In this document: positions 9,710-18,370 of the stretch, piece after piece
Position numbering within the stretch: the stretch's first letter is position 1
How the letters are laid out: each line of letters begins with the position of its first letter
Source: Pseudobacteriovorax sp.
GTDB taxonomy: Bacteria; Bdellovibrionota_B; Oligoflexia; Oligoflexales; Oligoflexaceae
Direction: 5' to 3'
Assembly: GCA_050293845.1 (NCBI GenBank)
Contig: JBNKNM010000064.1
Span: 1 to 26,078, forward strand
Length of the DNA: 26,078 nucleotides
Notes under the pieces: generated by a model
Seen by the model: only the letters and a program-made list of their open reading frames with translations
Database searches by the model: none
What the model was told of the DNA's origin: nothing
Program-made: the position numbers and the translations under genes

Positions 9710-9956
9710 AATGATTTCTTTTATGTATATTTTCAAACAATGTTTTTACCTCATATTCTATTATTAATAACCTAAAAAAACAAATATAATTTTTTGTTAA
9801 AGTATTTTAATGAAATTTTCAGAAATAAATCTTGGATTTTCTATTTTCTTAATACCTGCTTGGATCTTCTTAGTGAAGTACATCCGTCTAAAATACAAAA
9901 TATGTTGACAAGCAAATTTTTCCTTAGTTCTTATCCTAAGATCTGCCGATTACCTC

Positions 9957-10361
9957 ATGAAGCCATTAGCTTTTCAACTAGGGGGAAACGTGACCAACCT
10001 ATTAAGAAGATTAATTTCAGTATGCACAGATAAACGAAATAATCACAGATACTCTCTCATTGGATCAATTCCTGGAGAGTTTACTAATAGTGAGGGAACA
10101 CCTTATTTAATTCATCCTATTGATATAAGTGAAGGGGGGCTTGGTGTGTTGATAAACCCTGCACCTCAGTTAGGAGATAGAATTATCTATCAAGCAGATT
10201 TTTTGAGTTCTCCGATATATTTCGTGGTCAGACACGTAAACACCCCGGACATTGCGCTGAGTAGCTTAGAATTCATGCGGCGTTGTGGACTTGAAAGAGT
10301 CGGAAAACTAAATGTACTGTATATTCTCGGTCCAGTAGAGTCTTTAATGATCCAGGAGTAG
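9957..10361 (+). CDS. PilZ-domain (c-di-GMP-binding) protein
   Basis: KRNNHRY (RxxxR) and DISEGG (DxSxxG). The start may be GTG 9990 after GGGGG; GCCGATTA sigma-28 -10 box at 9945-9952. Confidence 0.8.
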   Translation: MKPLAFQLGGNVTNLLRRLISVCTDKRNNHRYSLIGSIPGEFTNSEGTPYLIHPIDISEGGLGVLINPAPQLGDRIIYQADFLSSPIYFVVRHVNTPDIALSSLEFMRRCGLERVGKLNVLYILGPVESLMIQE

Positions 10362-10362
10362 C

Positions 10363-12411
10363 TTGATGCATGGTCGCCTTGAGTTGATCCATAATCGGAA
10401 TTGCTTAATTGGAATTGTATCAGAAAATCATGATGAAATAAGGACCATCACCGATTGCCTTCGTCAACTGGATTACAAACATTTTAAAAACTTTAGCAAC
10501 TTAGATAATTTTTTAGCTGAATCAAACTGGACTGATTACAAATGGGTAATTTCTGATTCTTCACCTTCTTCCAAAGTCGACATTGTTAAATTTCTGAAAA
10601 TAATAGTGCAGCAAAAACTTTCCTTAAGACTATCCCTACTAACAGAATTAAAAAAAATCAAATTCGTCAGCAAATGTTACCACTTGGGTATTCTGAATCA
10701 TATCAATTCCAATGGTGATATCCCACGTCAAATCTCAATTTTTTTAGAAAAATGCAACCAATATGCAAATAACACATACAGGGAAGCCGGATTAGCTGCT
10801 TTTTACTATCGAAAAATTCTAGAAAAAAACGAAGCTTGGGCAGAGCTAATCGACCTTGAATGTAAAATGTCTAATATGTTTCCCCAGCAAATTAGCACAT
10901 TGATACTTTTAGCAGAAGCTTATCTCAAGTCAAATAACTACTCTCAGGCTCGCATCATACTTGATCAGATTAGACAAATTGGAAACCTTAAGTTTGTAAA
11001 AATTGTTGAGCAAGTTATAGAAAAATACCCTCAAGCCACTATTATAAATCCTATTTTCATTGAAAAATATAATATTAGCAAGATTTCTGTTATAGAAGCG
11101 GACGATAGTGAATTTTATCGTATAGAAAACTGCTTACTATCCCTTTCCGTTCCGGAAATAAATCGCTTTCGCAATTATGAAGAGGCATGGCAAAGTTATA
11201 TTAAAGGTGCTCGTGACGATATTCTAATTTTTGAGTGGAGTAATAAAACCAAGGGTCTTACAAGTGAACAGTTTGTTCAAAGATTCCGCGCTCAAATTTC
11301 GCGAACAACACCTTTAGTAATCTTAGTTTCAACAATCCATGAAAGAGATCAACAAATGATTTCCGATATGAGAATTATCGAAATTATAAAGAAACCTATA
11401 CGTGAAAAAAATTTTTTAATGGTTTTAAGTTTTTGTATTGAACAACTTCGGCATCCAATAGAACCACGATTTCTCGAATGGAAAATAGAGCAAATGTTAA
11501 CGTATGGGGATTCTCCTTATATTCAATATTTAAAGAAAATTTTCATTAATAACAAGAATGTTGACCCTAAGAGAAAATATTATATTGAAAGCTATTATCA
11601 GTATCGAAATTCCAATTACAAAAAAGCAAAAAGCCTTCTTATGAAAGGAATAAAATTTAAAAATTTAGAAAGTCAAGGCAAGTTAAAGCCCAACATTGAT
11701 AAAAAAATTCTTTTAGCTAAATGCTTTGATCACTTGGAAGACAAAGTCTCAGCTATCAAATTAATAGAGATTAGTAGAAAAGCATCACCTAGAAATATCG
11801 AACTACTTTGCTATCAATCCCTTCTATACTGGGAAATTGAAAAAAATGATCTATCAATAGAAGTTTTAGAATATGCAAGCTCATTGGATAAAGGTAACCC
11901 CCATGTCATCACCCTTAGAACTCTCTATTCCATTTTCTCTGGAGATTTAAAACAAACTGAAGATCTATTCAAACATATCCCTAACATACAAGACATAATA
12001 GCAACCATTAATTCTCAGGCGGTCAAGAAAATTAAAGCTAAGGACTATAGTCTAGGCATTAAAATATATGATTCACTTATAAAATCAATACCTGATTCTT
12101 ATGTGGACTACAAGGGTATTATTCTATATAATAAGGCATTAGCATTACTTAAAAATAATAACGTAGAAGATAGTATTGATAGCTTAAGTCAAGCCATTGA
12201 TTATAAAGAAGCGAAGACGTATAAAAGAGCAGTATTCTTACTAAAGAAACTGAAACAATCCACTGCGTCAAATAGCAAAATATCTAACTTATTTTCTCAA
12301 AATGAGGAAGTAAATTATAATATACATTCTTCCAAAAACATAGAAATGATAGGATTATACACAGTATTGTCCAGTGAACCAGGTCCTCTTCAACTTTTTA
12401 AAAACTACTAA
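10363..12411 (+). CDS. Receiver-like/TPR protein (two degenerate REC domains plus TPR repeats)
   Basis: IGIVSE...WVISD and ISVIEADD...ILIFEW...IIKKP are REC-like; LLAEAYL, LLAKCF and LYNKALALL are TPR-like helices. Confidence 0.7.
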   Translation: MMHGRLELIHNRNCLIGIVSENHDEIRTITDCLRQLDYKHFKNFSNLDNFLAESNWTDYKWVISDSSPSSKVDIVKFLKIIVQQKLSLRLSLLTELKKIKFVSKCYHLGILNHINSNGDIPRQISIFLEKCNQYANNTYREAGLAAFYYRKILEKNEAWAELIDLECKMSNMFPQQISTLILLAEAYLKSNNYSQARIILDQIRQIGNLKFVKIVEQVIEKYPQATIINPIFIEKYNISKISVIEADDSEFYRIENCLLSLSVPEINRFRNYEEAWQSYIKGARDDILIFEWSNKTKGLTSEQFVQRFRAQISRTTPLVILVSTIHERDQQMISDMRIIEIIKKPIREKNFLMVLSFCIEQLRHPIEPRFLEWKIEQMLTYGDSPYIQYLKKIFINNKNVDPKRKYYIESYYQYRNSNYKKAKSLLMKGIKFKNLESQGKLKPNIDKKILLAKCFDHLEDKVSAIKLIEISRKASPRNIELLCYQSLLYWEIEKNDLSIEVLEYASSLDKGNPHVITLRTLYSIFSGDLKQTEDLFKHIPNIQDIIATINSQAVKKIKAKDYSLGIKIYDSLIKSIPDSYVDYKGIILYNKALALLKNNNVEDSIDSLSQAIDYKEAKTYKRAVFLLKKLKQSTASNSKISNLFSQNEEVNYNIHSSKNIEMIGLYTVLSSEPGPLQLFKNY

Positions 12412-12433
12412 TTCAGACTTCTTTTCCTGCAAA

Positions 12434-12465
12434 AAACAAAAAACCTGTTAACAGGTTTTTTGTTT
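12434..12465. terminator. Bidirectional intrinsic terminator
   Basis: Perfect 32-bp palindrome AAACAAAAAACCTGTTAACAGGTTTTTTGTTT between convergent genes. Confidence 0.85.
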
Positions 12466-12498
12466 AAATTCACAATGGTTATCTCTTTTTAAGAAAAA

Positions 12499-13518
12499 CT
12501 ATGAAGCTTCACCCTTCTTATCCTCTTCAGATTTTTCTTCGTTCTCCTGATCATCTGGTGTAATACCAATATTAGAGAAATATTCTGGAAAAAAGCTGGT
12601 ATTATTTAGTAGGTATTGATCTCTTCTAAATTGCTCATCAAATTTTAGTGCTTCACCGGCATCCATATCAAGGCGATCCCTCGCTTCTACAAAAGCTGAA
12701 TCCGTTGAAGTAATATTGTTATTATCGCAACGGTTCCAGACTGTTTCGATAGTATTTGTAAATCGATTAATCACTGTATAATAGATATTTTCTGGAGCCA
12801 AAAATGTGTTAAAAATAGTCATAAATACCGAGAATAATATACCTGCAATTGAAGTATTCATGGCAAATGATATTTTACTTAGAAAATTATCCATAACAGC
12901 TTTACTTGCTAATGAATCAGTGACATCCATTCCACCAAGGGTTGGTAAACCTTCCATGATTCCTAAAAAGGTACCGAATATACCACCAATGACAAATAAT
13001 CCAGGAAGGGTATTTAGTACATTATTTAGCATATTAATGGGAATATAGCCAAATAATCTGCCAAATATTGGATTATGCTCAAATACCGCTTTTGATATTT
13101 CAAGAAACTTTGGATGATCTTGATATTTCTCCAGATATCGGGCTTGCCTTAGGAAGTCTAATATTACTCTAGCAGTTCCCTCTTGAACCATGAAAATGCG
13201 ATCATTCAAAGTCATAATTTGATCAGGATGCCTACGCCCATAGCGCCTTCTCAGCTCAAATATTTCATGATAAGTTTTTTGAAGTGTATTTTTTGCAATT
13301 GAAAAAAAAGATACTTCTTCATCTAAATTCAAATGAGAAAGGCTTCTAAATGCTCTCTTCTCGAATTCTTTAACAAACCAATTTTGCCTTTTTACGGTAT
13401 TATAAACTAGAAGTCTAAAAATAATAGCAATGACAAACCCTAACCCCATTAGCAATATAAGATTGTTCGCTAAAAAGGAAATCACCAAATACATTGAACC
13501 GAATGCTTGATTATCCAT
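12499..13518 (-). CDS. MotA/TolQ/ExbB-family (ZorA-like) ion-channel subunit
   Basis: Three TM segments; PGLFVIGGIFGTFLGI and FAMNTSIAGILFS motifs; GGAG RBS 11-nt gap after the partner gene. Confidence 0.8.
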   Translation of the reverse strand: MDNQAFGSMYLVISFLANNLILLMGLGFVIAIIFRLLVYNTVKRQNWFVKEFEKRAFRSLSHLNLDEEVSFFSIAKNTLQKTYHEIFELRRRYGRRHPDQIMTLNDRIFMVQEGTARVILDFLRQARYLEKYQDHPKFLEISKAVFEHNPIFGRLFGYIPINMLNNVLNTLPGLFVIGGIFGTFLGIMEGLPTLGGMDVTDSLASKAVMDNFLSKISFAMNTSIAGILFSVFMTIFNTFLAPENIYYTVINRFTNTIETVWNRCDNNNITSTDSAFVEARDRLDMDAGEALKFDEQFRRDQYLLNNTSFFPEYFSNIGITPDDQENEEKSEEDKKGEAS

Positions 13519-13529
13519 TATCTCTCCAC

Positions 13530-15368
13530 CTAATCCTTTAGATTAAATCTAATAATTACTTTCTGGGCACTATTACAATCAAATTTCTTACAAAAGCTTT
13601 TCATATCCATTTGGGTATCCTCTTTACCCTCGATGGCCTGTGTAAAGAAACTTCTTCCAGTCACCTTAACTAAAGGCAAGAGCTTTGATTGGTAAACAAA
13701 ATTCATTTTGTTGGTATCAAAAATATGCTGAAATATTGCTCTAGCCCTTTTATAACTAAGATCAAGGTTATAATCTATAGCCCTTCGATCCGAAGGTTCT
13801 AAACTATTAGGGTCAACGACACGGTTTTTATAAGTGGGCGATGCGAATCCAACAATTTCAACAGCATTAATATGTTTTGAAATTGCTACATCTTCAAATA
13901 GTGAAGTCGCATATATTGGGACAGCACGGTCAAGCGTATTTCTCATGCCTGGTTTAAGAAAGAATTTACCTGTATCGAAATATTCGTTACCAAAATTTAA
14001 AATCAAATCGCCTGTATTTGGATTTATATCAACATCCAACCCAGAATCCCTAAAGCTTTGCATGATTTTTTTACTAATATTTTTGCGCCGATCTGCTTTT
14101 TCTTTTGCAGCTGCTAGAGCATTACGCATCGCCTCTGCTTCTTGTTCACCCTCTTTAAGCTTTTGTTGCAATGTACTAGCTTGATTTTGTGCCGATTGAA
14201 GTTGATTTGAAAGATTTGAATTTTTTTCAGCTAAAGATTCTTGTTGTCCTTTAAGCTTAGATAGCTCGGAATCTCTGCTCTGTAATTCGTTTTCTAATCC
14301 ACTTAATTTATTGTTGAATTTCGAGTTTTCTGCTTCTATTTTTTCCCGATAAGCTTTTTCTGCGGCCAACTTGTCTTGTGCAGAAAGCCTTGCAGCTTTA
14401 ATTTTAGCGAGATGCTGTTGTTTTTCTTGCTCCATTTTTTCTTGATGTTTCCGCTTTAACTCATTAATTCTTTTTTCAGCTTCCTTTGAAGCTCCTTCAG
14501 CTTCTGCTAATAGAATTTTGTTCTGTTTTGCTTGTTCACTAATAGTTTTTTGGGCTGATTCAAGCTCAGCAGTCCTTTTTTGCAGATCCATTTGCTTTTC
14601 TTCATACTCATTCTGCAACTTCTTTAGTTTTTGATCATTTTCTGCTATCAGTGTATTAATGCGGCTTTGATTTTCACGAGTAATATTTTCGATTTTTTTC
14701 TTAGCTGATAAAGTTAAAGCAGCAAGCTCTTTTTTGTATCTAACTTCTTGCTGTGATGCTTTTTGCTTAATCGCCTTTTCTCTTTCAGCAGTTCTCTTTA
14801 ATTTACTAGTAGTTTCTTTCAACTCGTTGCCTGTTAACTTTAACTCTCTTTGTTTTTTCCTTAGAGAGAATTCTAGTGCGTTGAGGTCCTGCATTCTTTT
14901 TGATAATCGTTTTTCTCTTTCTTTAATATCCTTAGCCGAGTTCATATTAGCAGTTATCAAGTTTTTAATAGTTTTTTGATAACGATTAAGTTCAACTTGT
15001 TTTTTCTGTTCTTTTTCTAGAGTCTCTTGCAGTTCTTTTTGCTTTTGTTGACTTGTATTGTCTAATAAGTCCAATTGAGCCATAACATTTTCATAGAGCT
15101 TTTTTTCTTTCTCATTGGCTTGTTGATCTAAGTAATTCTTAGAAATTCTATCATATATTTTCATCTGACTTTCCAGCTCTCGCTGCTTAGCCATAAGTTC
15201 GCTTTGTTTTAGATTCGCAGAATGTGATACAGTGCCTGTTCTAAAGCTAGCAACGACATACAAAAGTAGAAAAAGAAATGAAAGCGCCATAAAGAGATCG
15301 CTATATGAAGTCCAGTGACTTCCGCCTTCACCATGCTGTTGCTTAATCCTCTCATAATCGAGATTCAT
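13530..15368 (-). CDS. MotB/ZorB-like subunit: TM with conserved Asp, ~380-aa coiled coil, OmpA-like C-terminal domain
   Basis: HWTSYSDLFMAL TM; long K/E/Q heptad-rich region; YFDTGKFFL...VEIVGFAS...YNLDLSYKRARAI. Confidence 0.85.
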   Translation of the reverse strand: MNLDYERIKQQHGEGGSHWTSYSDLFMALSFLFLLLYVVASFRTGTVSHSANLKQSELMAKQRELESQMKIYDRISKNYLDQQANEKEKKLYENVMAQLDLLDNTSQQKQKELQETLEKEQKKQVELNRYQKTIKNLITANMNSAKDIKEREKRLSKRMQDLNALEFSLRKKQRELKLTGNELKETTSKLKRTAEREKAIKQKASQQEVRYKKELAALTLSAKKKIENITRENQSRINTLIAENDQKLKKLQNEYEEKQMDLQKRTAELESAQKTISEQAKQNKILLAEAEGASKEAEKRINELKRKHQEKMEQEKQQHLAKIKAARLSAQDKLAAEKAYREKIEAENSKFNNKLSGLENELQSRDSELSKLKGQQESLAEKNSNLSNQLQSAQNQASTLQQKLKEGEQEAEAMRNALAAAKEKADRRKNISKKIMQSFRDSGLDVDINPNTGDLILNFGNEYFDTGKFFLKPGMRNTLDRAVPIYATSLFEDVAISKHINAVEIVGFASPTYKNRVVDPNSLEPSDRRAIDYNLDLSYKRARAIFQHIFDTNKMNFVYQSKLLPLVKVTGRSFFTQAIEGKEDTQMDMKSFCKKFDCNSAQKVIIRFNLKD

Positions 15369-15402
15369 AAAATTTCCCTCACAGGTAACAAATGATACGC
15401 TG

Positions 15403-15429
15403 TCTTCGGAAAAGTTTCATGATAATTTA
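15403..15429 (-). promoter_or_regulatory. Sigma-28-type promoter for the MotB/MotA-like pair
   Basis: TAAA-N15-TCCGAAGA, then a GAGGG RBS before ATG 15368. Confidence 0.5.
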
Positions 15430-15590
15430 GGCAAAACCATATTTCCCTGGGATGGTGAGAATATATTTAAAAAAATCATAGCCTTATCTTTTAAGAATCA
15501 ATTTTATTATATATACTTGTAGCCAGTCGTTATTCCTTTATTTCTTACATACTGAAGCCATTATATAAAAATCTATTCTTATCATTTCTT

Positions 15591-15876
15591 TGACTGATAT
15601 TAAGATCCACGATCTGCAAATTGCCCTTCCCTGTCTGCTGGAGCGATATTCTGTCAAAATATTTGTAAACGGCCTTCATAGAGTTTTTGATCTAAATATT
15701 CAATTAGAATCACTTCTATATATCCAGTAGTTTCGCAACAAATATCTTCCTAACTTGGATTAACCTTGTGTCCTCCCATATCCCAGCTTTACTCTGATCC
15801 CCCCGCTTTTTACCATCAAAAGGTGGTCCATACACCAAAAACATCCACCACCAAAAGTAGCTTTAAAACTATCCAT
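15591..15876 (-). pseudogene. msrA: Degraded peptide methionine sulfoxide reductase MsrA
   Basis: AAGGA RBS, MDSFKATFGGGCFWCM, frameshift, PPFDG, frameshifts, GGHKVNPS*EDICCETTGYIEV...F*QNIAPADREGQFADRGS*YQS; the MsrA motifs are in order with 3 in-frame stops. Confidence 0.9.
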
Positions 15877-16046
15877 GTTTTTCCTTTAATTTAATATTTA
15901 CCACGAAATATAGTTTTCCATTGTTCTAAAATTATTAACACATTTCCTTTTTTAAACTTGACGGATAATAATTGCTAGGCAATTATTTTACGTCTTGTAC
16001 CTTTAACCGACATGTTAGAAATCAGCTTAACAATTAGAGAAGTATT

Positions 16047-16811
16047 ATGAGGACTATTATCACCGCCTTACTACTGCTAATACCGAGCAATTTCTTGATC
16101 GCACAGGATCAAACCCATCTCCAAAAAGCTGTGGAACTTATCGATCACGTCAATCAGCTCTATTTCAAAAAATCCTCCCATGCCGTAATGAATTTAAGAA
16201 TTAAAAGGCCTACATTTGAGAGAAACCTTACTCTAGAATGGTTCTCACGTGGTTTTTATAATATTTTTTTGAAAATATTAGCACCATCGGAACAAGAGGG
16301 AAAAAGTATATTAAAAGCGGGAAAGGAATTGTTCTTTTATGAGCCCAAGGAGGAGCGTGTCATTCATATCTCGCAAACTGGGGCTTTACGACGATTTTTA
16401 CTTTCTGAATTCTCCAGGGATGATTTCTTAAGTGTCAATAAATTGTCTGAAGAATATCATCTAAATTTAGTAGAGCAAGAACTTATATGGATACTTACTC
16501 TTACACCTAAAATGATTACGCCGATTGTTTGGGATAAGATCGTTTACCGCATTAGTAAAGATGAAGAGCTACCAGTAAGTAAGACCTATTTCAACGAGAA
16601 GGGAGCTAAAGCCAAAGAATTGCTATACAAAAAAATCAAAAACTTTGGGGAGTTTAGACTTCCTTCAGTGCTAGAGATGCATTCCTTCATACACCCTGGC
16701 TTTGTTTCCCGATTAGAGTATACAACACTTGAATTTAATATCCCGGTACTACCTCATCTTTTCACCATGAAAAACTTAAAGAACCTCATTGAATACGACA
16801 TGGAGCCTTAA
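16047..16811 (+). CDS. Outer-membrane lipoprotein-sorting (LolA-like) protein
   Basis: Signal peptide; ILAPSEQEGKSILK, YEPKEERVIHI, SEFSRDD, YFNEKG, RLPSVLEM motifs. Confidence 0.8.
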   Translation: MRTIITALLLLIPSNFLIAQDQTHLQKAVELIDHVNQLYFKKSSHAVMNLRIKRPTFERNLTLEWFSRGFYNIFLKILAPSEQEGKSILKAGKELFFYEPKEERVIHISQTGALRRFLLSEFSRDDFLSVNKLSEEYHLNLVEQELIWILTLTPKMITPIVWDKIVYRISKDEELPVSKTYFNEKGAKAKELLYKKIKNFGEFRLPSVLEMHSFIHPGFVSRLEYTTLEFNIPVLPHLFTMKNLKNLIEYDMEP

Positions 16812-16816
16812 AAAGA

Positions 16817-17236
16817 CTACCAGCTACCAGTGTTCCCCATTGAATGCCATGGTTCTTGAGGTTCTAAGGCATCTCCTTGCTGTAGCAACTCAATCGATAT
16901 GCAATCAGGAGACTTAACAAAGGCCATTCTACCATCTCGTGGCGGTCGTAGAATAGTAGTACCAGCATCAACTAGCTTCTGACAGGTATCGTAAATATTG
17001 CTAACAGAAAAAGCTAAGTGACCGAAATTACGAGCGTCACCATAAGTTTCGGGAGTATCCCAGTTGTAGGTTAATTCAATCTCTGGCTCTCCAGGTGCTG
17101 TGGCTAGGTAAATCAATGTAAACCGACCAGCTTCTGATTCATGACGACGCGTTTCCACTAGGCCAAGCTGTCCACAATAAAACTGTAAAGATTCCTCAAT
17201 GCTTCTCACTCGAACCATGGCATGTAAGTATTTCAA
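16817..17236 (-). CDS. gloA: Lactoylglutathione lyase (glyoxalase I, VOC family)
   Basis: YLHAMVRV, IELTYNWD, FGHLAF, MAFVKSPD..IELLQ; GGAGG RBS before TTG. Confidence 0.92.
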   Translation of the reverse strand: MKYLHAMVRVRSIEESLQFYCGQLGLVETRRHESEAGRFTLIYLATAPGEPEIELTYNWDTPETYGDARNFGHLAFSVSNIYDTCQKLVDAGTTILRPPRDGRMAFVKSPDCISIELLQQGDALEPQEPWHSMGNTGSW

Positions 17237-17306
17237 GAAAACCTCCTTTATCTTTACTGTATAGCTACCACATGACTTACAGAATTTTAAAGCTTTTTAG
17301 ATTCAG

Positions 17307-17843
17307 TTAGCTTTGCCAAATATCTTCTAAGCTAAAGTCACCCAGTTGACTCAATATATATTTCACGGGATTTGGTTTTTTGGGAGTCTTCCGCAATTTC
17401 ATGCCCGCTTCGGGGGGTGTACGGTCCCCTTTTTGTCGATTACAGGGCTCACAGCTGCAAACTGTATTCTCCCAGGTATTCTTGCCCCCTCGGGATTGAG
17501 GAACAATATGGTCTAAAGTTGCGGTTTTTGAATTAAGATAGTCATTACAGTATTGGCAAAAAAACTCATCTCGTTTGAATACATTGATTCGAGAGTAAGG
17601 GACGGACTGGCTGATATTTCTCAAGACACTGATATAACGTTTGAGCCGAATAACCTTAGGTCTGGCGAAAGAGCGGGTTACAGAACGAATTTTTGAGCCA
17701 TACGACGATATCATCTCGGCTTTCTCATTCATCACCAAAACCACAGCCCGCTGCCAGGTTACGATTTTAATAGGTTCATAGCCGGCATTCAGAACCAAAG
17801 TTCTCATCAATGCTGTCTCCCCTTTTTTCCCAATTATATCCAT
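17307..17843 (-). CDS. HNH endonuclease (common stand-alone McrA-like family)
   Basis: TLVLNAGYEP, RDEFFCQYC, TLDHIVPQSRGG..TWEN...C..CN..KGDRTP. Likely start ATG 17807 after GGGGAG. Confidence 0.9.
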   Translation of the reverse strand: MDIIGKKGETALMRTLVLNAGYEPIKIVTWQRAVVLVMNEKAEMISSYGSKIRSVTRSFARPKVIRLKRYISVLRNISQSVPYSRINVFKRDEFFCQYCNDYLNSKTATLDHIVPQSRGGKNTWENTVCSCEPCNRQKGDRTPPEAGMKLRKTPKKPNPVKYILSQLGDFSLEDIWQS

Positions 17844-18051
17844 AGACTGAAAGGGATGAAAACTAAAAAAGGATAAAGCTTTCTTTATGCCACAGAATCT
17901 TAGAATTATTACTCAAGATAACAATCAGGTGGAAAGCGCGAAGCCTTCTGGAATGAAGGGTGTACCCTGCTGTTAATATACATAAATATTGCTGTATATC
18001 TATGTTTTTGGGAATATTTCTTAGCAAAAATATAAAAAACCAATTTATTAT

Positions 18052-18078
18052 TAAGGTAACAATCAAATTATACGATAG
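18052..18078 (+). promoter_or_regulatory. Sigma-28-type promoter
   Basis: TAAG-N15-TACGATAG upstream of the AAGGAG RBS at 18101. Confidence 0.45.
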
Positions 18079-18115
18079 GACAAGTGAAGATAACTGTACC
18101 AAGGAGCATTTTTTA

Positions 18116-18310
18116 ATGACATACGAAGTGCATCTCGATAAGCCACTCCCCGAATTTGTAAAAAATACCCTAAAAATTCTTAAAGTTGAAGAATCTGAGG
18201 GAGAGAATTATATTTATCAGATCGATTTCAGATCGCATTTGGAGCATGAAGAATTTTGTGAAATAGTCTACTCAATACTAGACATCAATGGATCTGAGGA
18301 GGCTGCCTAG
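18116..18310 (+). CDS. Small acidic hypothetical protein (64 aa)
   Basis: AAGGAG RBS then ATG 18116 (MTYEVHLDKPLP...); the 3' part of track ORF 17960..18310. Confidence 0.7.
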   Translation: MTYEVHLDKPLPEFVKNTLKILKVEESEGENYIYQIDFRSHLEHEEFCEIVYSILDINGSEEAA

Positions 18311-18370
18311 GCGGTAGAAATGGCCCTGTTTTAAGCCGTCGCCTCTCCGATAAATTATTAGGTAGGAAAT

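Noticed and set aside
1286..14979. Short nested or antisense ORFs (1286, 1939, 2826, 4143, 4427, 5849, 8732, 8872, 9446, 9794, 12806, 13834, 14734)
   Set aside because: They overlap well-supported genes and have no recognisable motifs or RBS.
14100..15200. Low-complexity T-rich repeats
   Set aside because: Explained by K/E/Q codons of the coiled coil; not a DNA repeat array.
17307..17843. HNH nuclease as the ZorE-like effector of the motor pair
   Set aside because: It has the signature of the short stand-alone HNH family and is separated from the pair by gloA, an opposite-strand gene and a pseudogene.
17863..18115. ORF 17863..18102 and the 5' extension 17960..18115
   Set aside because: They cover the promoter region; the strong RBS points to ATG 18116.
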